Shown: piece by piece, positions 11,983 through 22,270 of the stretch | How the letters are laid out: each line of letters begins with the position of its first letter | Numbering within the stretch: position 1 is the stretch's first letter | NCBI RefSeq assembly: GCF_009834535.1 | Contig: NC_045697.1 | Span: 104,286,001 to 104,350,000, forward strand | DNA length: 64,000 bases | Direction: 5' to 3' | Source: Camelus ferus | Taxonomy: Eukaryota | Position numbers and translations under genes: made by a program | Notes under the pieces: generated by a model | Told to the model about the DNA's origin: nothing | Database searches by the model: none | Seen by the model: the letters and a program-made list of their open reading frames with translations, nothing else

Positions 11983-13132
11983 CCTTTTTCCCCAGCTTTA
12001 CTGATGCATATTTGACCAATAAAAGTGTAAGATATATTAAAGAATACAACGTGATGGTTTAACATACATATACCTTGTGAAAGGCCCCTTCACTGAATTA
12101 GTTAAGACATCCCTTACACCTCACGCTTTATACATTTGCCTTTTTGGGGGGGGGGGTAGAGGGTGGGAGTACCCTTAAGTTCTATTCTCTTGGCAAATTT
12201 TAATTATACAATAAAGCATTATCAACAACAGTTATTATGGTACACGTTAGATCTTCAGATCTTAATTTACCTTATAACTGAAAGTCTGTACCTTTTATGA
12301 ACCTCTCCCTACTCCCCTGCCCCCACTAGCTCCTGGCAATCACCACTCTATTCTCTGTTTCTGTGAGTTCAACTTTTTTTTTCCAGATTCCACGTGTAAG
12401 TGATACCATGCAATATTTGTTTTTCTCTGTCTGGCTTATTTCACTTAACATAATACTCTCAAGGTCCACCCATGTTGTTGCAAATGACAGGATTTCCTTT
12501 TTTCCCATGGCTGAATAATATGACTATATATATATTCCATCATATTGGAATATTATATATATGATGGAAAGGTTTTTTTTTTTTTAATGGAGGTACTGGA
12601 CCTCGTGCATGTTAAGCATATGCTCTACCACTGAGTTATATTAACCCCTCCGGAAAGTTTTATTCATATATATCTCTCACATTTTCATCTGTTGATGGAC
12701 ACTTAATGTTGTTTCCATATCTTTTGACTATTGTGACTATGCTGCAATTAACATGGGAGTACAGACGTCTCTTCGAGGTAATGATTCCATTTCCTCTGGA
12801 TATATACCCAGAAAAGTGGAATGTTGTATCACATGGTAGTTCTTTTTTTAGTTTTTTGAGAAATTTCTATACTGTGTTTTTCCACAGTGGCTGCACCAAT
12901 TTACATTCCTACTAACAGTGCACAAGGGTTCCCTTTTCTCCACATCCCCCTCCACAATTCTATTTCTTGTCTTTTTCATAAGAGCCATTCTAATAGGTAT
13001 GAAGTGTTATCTCATTGTGGTTTTGATTTGCATTTCTCTGGTGATTAGGGATGTTGAGCACCTTTTCATGTACCTGTTTAGCCATCTGTATGTCTTCTTT
13101 GGAAAAATGTCGATTCAGGTCCTTTGCCTGAA
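11983..13132 (-). mobile_element. L1 3' end (L1MA-like), containing a nested SINE
   Basis: Antisense L1 text (TCTGGCTTATTTCACTTAACATAAT, GGCTGCACCAATTTACATTCCTAC, GTTTTGATTTGCATTTCTCTG). The minus ORF 12326-12508 (EILSFATTWVDLESIMLSEISQ) is the ORF2 C-terminus. Confidence 0.9.
12572..12651 (-). mobile_element. Vic-1-type SINE with internal B-box deletion
   Basis: Poly-T, then AATGGAGGTACTGG/ACCTCGTGCATGTTAAGCATATGCTCTACCACTGAGTTATA. Flanks GGAAAGGTTTT / GGAAAGTTTT. Confidence 0.85.
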
Positions 13133-16100
13133 TTCAAGAGACTCCTATATTGTCATCTTGGTGATGTCTCCAGGAGTTATTCCCTACAATGCAAATCACT
13201 TAGTTTCATGTTCTTGTTTCTATTTACTTTTAAATAGCCATAAGTTGTTGATAAAATTTTATTCAAAGTTCCTGCTTGCATTTAGCTGTGCTCTGAAGAT
13301 TTATTGGAAGTTGTATGTCCTCGTTTGAGGCTAGTCCCAACAAGGAGGCTGCACTCTGAAAGGTCAGCTTGGTTGTAGAGGGGTCGTAGGACAAGAGGAC
13401 TCTCCAGGGGGCAGGGCAAGATCAGAGGGCAGCTGTCTCAGCCTCACTCCTATGGTGGTCTCTTTCCAAGGCCACTCTTGGGAATAGATCAGATTTTCCT
13501 AATGTTGCTGGTGGGTCCCCCTATGGCCTTCATGCTGCACACTATAGATGGTGATATCCACCTCCATCTGCTTTAACCCAGGACCACCATACATCTATAG
13601 TGTCTCTTACTCATCCCATCCCCAACCTTGTCATAACTTCCACTTTCTGAGGGAAGGAAGGCTCAATGAATCATCAGGAGGTGTAACTGGTGCTTATTAA
13701 TCCAATGATTCTCTAATGTCGAGCTACTCAATGAGGTGAACTATCTCAGACAATCTAGGAGAGATCTTCTGGGTCAAGACAGCCTTCCAGGTCCCCTAGA
13801 CTAGGCCTGGTAAATAGCTAATGACTTCACCAACTCAACCAGGCCCTTTGTCCATGTGCTGTCCTCCTCAGGGGGCTCATATTTGATGCATGGTATGACA
13901 GGGAATATTAACAGTCTGGGAATTTCTAGGGGAAAGAAAAACTAGTTAATCTAATTGTTTCCTGATGATAAGACATTTTAGTAGAAGGAGAATTAACTGT
14001 TTAAAGTCATACCAATGCCATTTAACAAAACAATCCTTTTTTTAGAGATAAAACGATCCTTCTCTGTGCCTAAATAATATACTCATTTTTTTAATTGTCT
14101 CATTTATATTTATAGACTCCCCAGAAGCTAGCACAATACTTGGCCAATGTATTGAGCATTAGAGATGCTCAACAAATGTGAAGAACCCAACATCCAGTCA
14201 GCCAACAAAGTCAGAACACAGAGCTCACGTTGTTTCCTTTCTTTCCTTACATACCTAACTGCAGATATGCGTCACAGTTGGATCTTTAGTCCCCCAAACA
14301 AATAAATAAGCTGTTTTCTCCCAATTAATTAACAGGGCCCAAGGCATTGTTGAGACACGTATTTCCTAGGAGCCAAATTTAGTAACTTTTGCCATTTCCC
14401 TTTAATGTCCAAATCTGAGCTTCCTTGGAAATTAATTCAGTTATGGTTTATTGCAGAACTGCACTTGGGAGAGTCTTGGACAACAAATCCCAAAATTCCC
14501 ATCCAGGTTTACATCACACCAGCTTGTTGTTTCATATTGCTCTTAGCTCATCAACTTATCCCTTCCAATGCTATCTTGAAAGAAGAAGTCGCTGACCTGA
14601 CCATCAGTTCAAAGTCCTTCCGAGCTAAGGAATGGAGAACATGTTCCTCCTCATTTATTTTATTTTGAAACGTTATTTCAGTAGACTGAATCCAGGGTCT
14701 CCATTTTTTAAAATCACTTTTGTGCCATGGACCTCTTCAATGGCGAAACCAATGGATAAATGCATAGAATTACAAAGGAAATCTACTATTACTATTGTGA
14801 CTTTCCATGCGTCGATACAGAACTTATCATTTCCTGAAATTCAAATCTGTGATGGAGGTCTTAACTGTTCATAGTATTAACTGCTTTAGAATACCATCTC
14901 TAAAATACCTAGATTGACTTGGAATTTAATACAGAATGAGTAATTTAGCAATTTAAATTACAGTCTATAACAAAGCTATGAAAATATTTACACCTAAATA
15001 AATAAGCTTGGAGACCTCGATGTTAGCCTCTCCTCGCTGACCACCTTTGTACTGTAGCTGCTTTGCCACACGCTGACTCTCCCGATCAATGTGATTTGGA
15101 CTCTTAAACTTTTCCAAATCCCTCCCGAATCAAATTCATGTTAATTCACTGAGAAGTTCTTGAGAATTTCTAGATAGAGTTGAAATAAGATGTTTTGGTA
15201 CCTGTAGAAAAGGCTTTCATCCATCACCTGAAATTTTATATAACTCACCCCTCCTGCATAAATACATGGGATGTATCAGGGAATAAGTGAATGGTCTTTT
15301 TACTCTTCTCATCCCAACCAGGTATAACCAGTGAAAGCTCCTCCTTGGTCTTGCTCTCTCAGAGGATGAAGATGCCACTCTCTGTAACCTCACATAGTGT
15401 GCACCTAGAGATTGCTCTAAAGACTTCTCACCTCTCTACAAATTACTGAAGTTTTGGAGACACTATCAGAGTTGCAGTTGATGACTGAGAAGAAAGATGA
15501 ACTTGCTAGTTAATAATAATAATAATTAAGAATAAATATTATTTATAGCCTACTTATAATAAAAATTTTCATTATTATAGCTATCATTATTGAGTTCATT
15601 TGTTGACTAGTCATAAATTCATATTTTACTTGTAGAACATCTTAATTTCAAATTTTATTGAAAGGTAGTATGTATGGTTCATATACAGGCATTTGTGCAC
15701 ACATATGCTATAGAGTCTATTCAACAAATATCTATTAAAGGGCCTACTCTGAATCACACACCATTTAAACTAAAATTATGCTGCTATGTTCCAGCCCAAC
15801 TAAGCTTCTGACACCTTCCAGCTCCAATTCTATTCAAGTGCAAAATTTCCAGCAACAAATAGCCTCTATTTTCAACTTTCTTTCAATAGGTTGCAGTGAC
15901 ACTTTCAAAACTCAAGCACCAAAATCTCAATTTTGGGAAATATTAAAAGGTATGGAAAATATCAGCCCAAAGGCAAAATCATTCAGCAATTTAAGTGAAA
16001 GCAGAAACTTGCTAAGAAAACTCATCTTTTACCTTGAGCTCTAGCTTTCCTTCTGAAGAGAAGAGTATGTGTGGCTACCTTTTAGGGAGGCCATTTCCAT

Positions 16101-16504
16101 TTTGTTTTACAAATAAAAGATGTGCTAATTAAGCCTGGCAGTCAAGGATTTTACCAAAAAGGATATGATGAGGCCCTTCCCAATGAGCTTTTTATTTGGT
16201 TGGTATCGCAGTTTTTAAATGTGAGAAATACAAAATACCCAAGTGAATGCATAACTTTCAAGGCCATTTCATGGTTTCTTTGAGCAGAAATAAAGCTAGA
16301 CAATGCCCCAAATATGTGCACTAACAAGGTGGACCTTTGCAGAGTAAAGACAAGCCTTTTCCAATCAAACCAAAGCCAGGATCTCACCTTCTGGAAAGAC
16401 AACTGAATCAAGCTTGTTGGTTGGAATTACTTAAAATTATTTTAGAGAACATCAAAAAATAAATTACATTCTCCTTCTTGCATGTATTTTTTCCAGTTCC
16501 TTTT

Positions 16505-16661
16505 TAAAAATTTATTTGTTTTTGTTGGGGGGGAGGTAATTAGGTTTATTTAATTATTTTATTATTATTATTTTTTTTTTTTATTGAAGGGATTGGGGAT
16601 CGAACCCAGGACCTCGTGCATGCTAGACATGTGCTCTACCATTGAGCTATACCCTCCCCCC
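16505..16661 (-). mobile_element. tRNA-derived SINE, camelid Vic-1 type (long-tail variant)
   Basis: GGGGATCGAACCCAGGACCTCGTGCATGCTAGACATGTGCTCTACCATTGAGCTATACCCTCCCC with the tail GGGAGGTAATTAGGTTTATT. TTCCAGTTCCTTTT is repeated on both sides (TSD). Confidence 0.9.
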
Positions 16662-17306
16662 ATTTTGTTCCAGTTCCTTTTAAAAACAGAATGTTCATTC
16701 AGGGCCATGACAGCAAAAATAGAAATGGTTTGGGCAAAAACTTAGGTTTCTAGCCTGCAGGCAAAAGAGAAAATTGTTGTTAAATTGGAGTGGACCAGAA
16801 AACGGATGATAAAACTTGTCTATGAAACTTCTGCTAATAACAAACATTTGTCCCATGGCACGCATGGTAAGTAATAACACATGACAGGGGAGGGACGTGT
16901 CATTGTCCTGAGCAGCGGGTTTTCGTGCCTGTAGGCCAAGCTCACCTCACCCTTCAGTCGTGGCTTCCTACAAAACTGCTAGGGTTAAAAAAAATACTCT
17001 CTTAAAAGTAGGAAATACTTGAGAAGACAATTCTCTGGTGTTTTGGTCTCAGCTGGTCTTCCTTTAAAGTTTTAGAGGCAGCTTGGGTGGCTGTGTTACT
17101 TGTAATGATCAAGCACAAATTTCAGGTTCTATTTTCTGCTTCACCAGCATCTACTGTCTCCCAAGAGTTATGCCGTTTATTCATTTTGCCTCCATTTCTC
17201 TTTCACTCAGTGGTCAGAAAAGATAGGAAGCAATTTTGGACAAGGTGATAGTTGGTAGGTGAAGACACCAATGAGTCAATGGCTAGCATGGACAATACAT
17301 TCTTCC

Positions 17307-17778
17307 TGTTGCCAACTGAAAATCATCACTTGTCATCTGTTTCTACAAGGATGAAGCCATTAGCCACTGCAGTCACTGACCTCCAACACACCCTGAAAAG
17401 ACTCTGGGGGGAAGATCAGGAATGAGGTGCTCTGTACTCTGGGAAAAACTGGCAAAACAGGCCTTCAGAGAGTTAGATATTTTCAGGAGATTTTATGACA
17501 CCAATTTCTGGCATCTTCCCTTATCTAGAAAAGCACTAAAATCATTAATGGAGATCCTCGTGACTAGTAACAACCCTCTGCCATAACATGTGCTTGATTG
17601 CACGTATCCCCCTGCACCAAAATCGAATATATTCTGACCTCCCCACTACCTCTCCAGAGCAGTACTTCAGTGCTGTCTGAGAGGCTGTCTCCCAGGCTAT
17701 AGTCCTCATTTGTCCTCAAGTAAAATTTAACTCACAACTCTCATGTGGTGGGTTATTTTTTTTTTTAATCAGTCAACA
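17307..17778 (+). mobile_element. ERV1-class solo LTR, MER41-like (artiodactyl type)
   Basis: TG...CA termini; the 3' part GCTGTCTGAGAGGCTGTCTCCCAGGCTATAGTCCTC...AACTCACAACTCTCA...TTTTAATCAGTCAACA resembles MER41-family LTR ends. No clear TSD. Confidence 0.6.
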
Positions 17779-17799
17779 CTCTTTTCTGGGTTTATTTGA

Positions 17800-18483
17800 C
17801 CATATTTTATTGAATCTAAGACATCACTGATTGACAGATTCACCATTTTATGCACCAATCTGGAAAAGAATATATACTTTCAGTCGATCTATGATACAAC
17901 ACCTTAATGATAGTACTACTTGAAGCCTAGGTGGGCTAAGGAGCCTTTGCCCAGAAATTTCTTTTATCTCTTCCAAATTATTTGGTGTTTTCTCTTGCCT
18001 CCTATTGCACTGCTTGGCCTGTACCAGGAATCCTTTTGCACTTATCTTAGTATTAAAGTGTTACAAAGCCTCCTAGACCTGTAGGATTTTCCCTTCTGAG
18101 TCCCCTAAATCATTTGGTTGCTCTTTCCAAGAAAAGGGGGAATTGCAGTCATCTCTCCTACAAAGAACATTTGCTTCAGCTAGGATCAAATCCATGGCCA
18201 GCTGCTGTCTTTCTGAACAGTCAGTCACTTTTCACGTCAAGGCTGCGTAAGAGGCTTCTTGGAGAAGACATTTGAAATAATAATTCCACTCTACATGCAC
18301 CTTCCCAAAATTGCAAGTAATCTCACCCAACATAACAACAATAAGAACAGTTATGACAGTTTACAGGCAGTGGCCATGTCACCATGACTACTGCCTGCCT
18401 GACAGTAATTCTCCAATGTCTTTCAATTTCAAAGACGGTAAAACATGAGGGAAAATGTGCATCTTAGAATTAGCAGAACGCAG
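17800..18483 (-). mobile_element. TcMar-Tc2 DNA transposon (Kanga1/MER104 family) with decayed transposase N-terminus
   Basis: Degenerate TIRs CCATATTTTATTGAATCTAAGA ... TCTTAGAATTAGCAGAACGCAG followed by TA. The minus strand from the ATG at 18271 yields broken peptides EANVLCRRDDCNSPFSWK, KISAKGF and QAVQ*EARENTK*FGRDKRNF. Confidence 0.7.
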
Positions 18484-18505
18484 TATTATCTGTTCACAAG
18501 CTGTC

Positions 18506-18961
18506 CAGGGGAAGCAGACTCAAATGCCCACAGAGGCAACTAAATCATGTACATTAGTCCAGCTCTACATAAAAAACACGTGCTCTCTATGTCACATATT
18601 TCCTGTCTCACTTTTAATAGAGATGTGGATACAGAGGAATATTGAACACCAGAAGGAAAGCACCAGGCTACACACTGGGAATCATAGCAAACTGAAGAGG
18701 GCACATCCCATCTAAAGGGGGCAGGTGCTCCACGGCTCAGATTCAACGTTACCTTGTCAGCAATCCTTAAGACTCTGCACATGGTATGGCCCAATCTTCT
18801 GATTTTTTTTTCCAAGTGACACAGAGAAAGTCGATTTTTATATGAAATCTCATAATTTTCCAGTTTTGACAACTAATTCAAAAATTTCAAAACATCCTGC
18901 ATGCCACACAAAGCAAATCCGCATGCCACATTTGGTTCATAGCTCACCAATTTGTGGTCTG
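18506..18961 (+). mobile_element. hAT-Charlie element, MER103C-like
   Basis: GACTCAAATGCCCACAGAGG, CCCATCTAAAGGGGGCAG, ATCTTCTGATTTTT, GATTTTTATATGAAATCTC and ACAACTAATTCAAA occur in consensus order as recalled. Confidence 0.65.
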
Positions 18962-19648
18962 TACAAGATACATCTAACACGGATCAGCCACATTGTAAAC
19001 ACGGCCATTTGTCCTGTGGGTAGATTTAATCAAAAAGGTTTGGTATGAATGAAAAGTAGCAGCTTTGCCTGTGAGGTATCAGGGCATGTAGAAATGCTGA
19101 ACCAGAAGGTCTTTTCACTTTGAATATTTTTCTTCTAATTGTTTATGTGTGATAGAACCAATTCACTAGAAGAATTTCCAGGTTTGGAACTGGGAACAAG
19201 TAGGATTGTAAACATCATTTTTTCTGCCCCATGTATTTCTTTAAGAATGAGAATTCGTGCCCTGGGACCCGGCCTTGCTTGCTGCTCCCTGAACCACAGT
19301 GCCCTGTCAAAGGGGCGGATGTGCTGTTGGGAGCCTCCCCGCTCTCTTGGGGCTGTGGGAGGAGGGAGCACAGATGCTGGGACCCAGAGGAACCGGAAGT
19401 GGAGGGTGTGGCTGACCACCACGGAATGCCTTCTCATTGTCTCTGCATCCCAGCCTAGAAAAGAAAGCTTTTTCTGCCTTTCCTCTGGAAAAAGGGAGAT
19501 GGAAGTATTAAGAGTAGAGACTCTCACTGTGGCTCAGCCCTATGCATTCATCTCTGGTTTACAGGCTTGGAGTCAGCCAGAATGCTGGGTCCTGAATACA
19601 CCTGCTTTCATAATAGAATTCAAGGAAATGGAGCCTCCATGCCTTCTT

Positions 19649-19745
19649 TTCTTTCTTTTCTTCTTTCTTTCTTTCTTTTTTTTTAATTGAGGTACAGTCA
19701 GTTACAATGTGTCCATTTCTGGTGCATCGCACGATGTCCCAGTCA
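19649..19745 (-). mobile_element. Extremely 5'-truncated L1 (about 60 bp of 3' UTR plus tail)
   Basis: (CTTT)-rich tail, then AATTGAGGTACAGTCAGTTACAATGTGTCCATTTCTGGTG. TSD CTCCATGCCTTCTT / CTTCATGCTTTCTT (12/14). Confidence 0.85.
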
Positions 19746-20489
19746 CTTCATGCTTTCTTGATTGTCTAGGACTCAATTTTCCCATTTGTAAAATGGGCAG
19801 ACAGATGAAACAAGTATTTTTCAATCTGTGTTCTGAGAAACTTTAAGGACTCAGATACTGTGCTTAAGGGTCTGGCTTTATACAATTTGCATTTGGTATT
19901 AAGGTAAGGCTTCCATTTGATAAGGAAAATGACATCTATAAAGAAGGCTGGAGAAACATTGGCTAAGTGATGTAACAGATCTGCGCGGAGGCCTCTCCAG
20001 CTCAGATACTTTGATTCTAACACTTCCCCAACTTGCATGTACATTTCAGTATTGTTCTCACAAAGTAAAATGCAGAGACATTTTCGGATTCATTAGTAAC
20101 TCCAGCTTTTACCTGAATTATATGAACCAACAAGAGCATTCTGGTAAGGCTAAGGATGCAAAGGAAAAAACAGCTTTGATTCTTCTCTTTGAATTGCGGC
20201 TTTCCTTGTTTAGATTTTGCAAGAGATGACAGCAAAGAGTATGAGTCTGCAAAAAGCAGCTCACGCCAGGGAAAAAGGAGACCTGTGTCTATCCACTGTC
20301 GAACATGCATTCTCTGATGGAGTTTGTACACACAAGTACAGAGGAGAACTGGGAACATTTTTCAGCATAGAAAATCTCCAGACCATTTTCCTCGGGAAAT
20401 GCAGGAAATTGAGGTTAAAATAAACTCCATTCTGCAGACCAAGCATAAATGTAACTACTCTTTAAACACAGACAATAATTTCCCTCCCT

Positions 20490-20820
20490 TTTCTGCCTGT
20501 GCCTGGAACGTCCTCCAGCCCCGTCTTCCCCACCTCTCTAAATCCACGTCGTACACAGGCTGAGCGGTGATTTCATTTCCAATCTCAGTGTTTTCTTACT
20601 CATCTCAATCCCCGTAGCACCTATCTTTTATAGTTACCTTCTATAAATGGCTAGTTTTGTGAACCCCAGTTAGACACGCCTATGTGTAACTTACCCACAC
20701 ACTCCCGACATGAGGGGCCACTGTCTCTCGTCTGTATCCCCATGGCGTCTTGGCACATGGTAAGCAGGTAATCAATACATCCGTTGAAGGATTAAATACA
20801 CTGATGAATAACTGAATGCT
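20490..20820 (+). mobile_element. L2 3' end fragment
   Basis: CTGTATCCCCATGGCGTCTTGGCACATGGTAAGCAGGTAATCAATACATCCGTTGAAGGA resembles the L2 terminus. Confidence 0.55.
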
Positions 20821-20884
20821 TCTGCATTCAGGAGCAAGAACACTACTACTCTGTGAGGAATGATAATATGGGTTCAAAAGCACT

Positions 20885-21125
20885 TTGGGGAAAAAACGGA
20901 AACAACCTAATTGTTCACACAGGAGTATGAAGCTAGATTGTATCGTGAAAACAACGCTGATAACGCCGCAGTGAGTGAAGGAAAAAAGATGTAAAGAAAA
21001 AGAGGAAAAGAGAAGAGATTCCACAGTCATGTTTAGGATGACTGGATTCAGAGGTGTATTTTTCTCTACTTTTCAAAAGGTTGATAATGAAGCTTATATT
21101 ACTTTTATAATGAAAAATAATAAGA
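20885..21125 (+). mobile_element. Ancient L1 (L1ME-like) 3' fragments
   Basis: AAAAAACGGAAACAACCTAATTGTTCA and TATATTACTTTTATAATGAAAAATAATAA are typical of old L1M ends. Confidence 0.4.
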
Positions 21126-22079
21126 AACATGCTTTGAGTTTCTATGGCAGAGAACTGTAAGTGGGATTTTGTTATAACATGAATGGGAGGTCCACATAAT
21201 TGCCATTTTTTAGAAGAAATTTTATAACAACTGTTCCTTTTTGCTACTGATTCACAGACTAGAAGTTGATAGGCCCTCCTGCAGCTTTCATCACGGACCT
21301 TCCTTTCAATAAAGTCCATTCCAGGAGAATAGTGCTGTCGCAACACGTTTGCCTCTCACTACCAAAGTTTCATAAGCAAACTGAACCAATTTGTTTCCTA
21401 GTGTGTATTTATCCCCATTAAGAGCTCAGAGAGTCAAAAAATATGGTAATTATCTTAGAGGTCTATAAATGCTTTCATATTTGAAGCCATGGGCTGAATT
21501 TAGGTCCTGGAAGATCCAGTCTAGTAAAAGCAACAATGTCTACTAATAATCTGAGGAAAAGCCCAGAACATTCTGTCCTCTGGCAAATGACTGACCTTGA
21601 TCAGGACGACAAGCCACTAGACAGGGTTTCTGGGGATGGAGGGTATGTCTGCTCCCAACTGAGCTGTAAAGCTGTGCAGGTGTGTGTGTGCATGTGTATT
21701 TTTTTTTTTTTTTTTGAGAGTATACTATTTCCAAGACAGCAAAGGAAGGACTGGGTACTTCAAAAGACTTGACTAAAGGAATGTATCTAAAATGACATAT
21801 TCTACCTCTATATTTCTATAGATCAAAACACAGGTACATAGAAATAATTCCAAACTCTTGCTCTTACCTCACTTCTGTTACTGCATATGTCACACCAAAA
21901 AAATTCCCAACTATCAATATAAAATTCCAATTTAATCTCTCCCACGGCTCTTTGCTCTGAAACACAGGCAAGCTTAGATATATTCACTATTATGTGGTGT
22001 TCCTGAAAATGGTTTTAACTTCCTAATTTAAAGAACAGACTCTCCAAAACCCTTCCCCTTTCTCCCACTTTTTCCTACA

Positions 22080-22270
22080 AGGATGCAGATGTGAGAGTCA
22101 GAGTCACAGCCACGATACTGCAAGTATGAGGAAGCCGAAAGATAAGCAGCTATCTTGGATCTAACATTGTTAAGTTGCTGAAATAAAACAAGAAGCAATC
22201 TACCTTCAATTTCTTATTATTTATTTAAGTCAATGTGGTTGAATTTTTCTACAGGTAACAGCATTCTTAT
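22080..22270 (+). mobile_element. MaLR LTR fragment (MLT1-like)
   Basis: GATGTGAGAGTCAGAGTCACAGCCAC..ATGAGG, ACATTGTTAAGTTGCTGAA and TTATTTAAGTCAATGT are weak matches to old MLT1 3' halves. Confidence 0.35.

Noticed and set aside
15249..15404. Possible 156-bp minus-strand exon (GTGAGT donor, AG acceptor, one open frame)
   Set aside because: Poor polypyrimidine tract, an unrecognisable peptide and no partner exons.
19139..19690. Longest ORF in the track (183 aa, plus strand) as a gene
   Set aside because: No recognisable domain, it overlaps other chance ORFs in a GC-rich patch, and its end runs into the T-rich tail of an L1 insertion.
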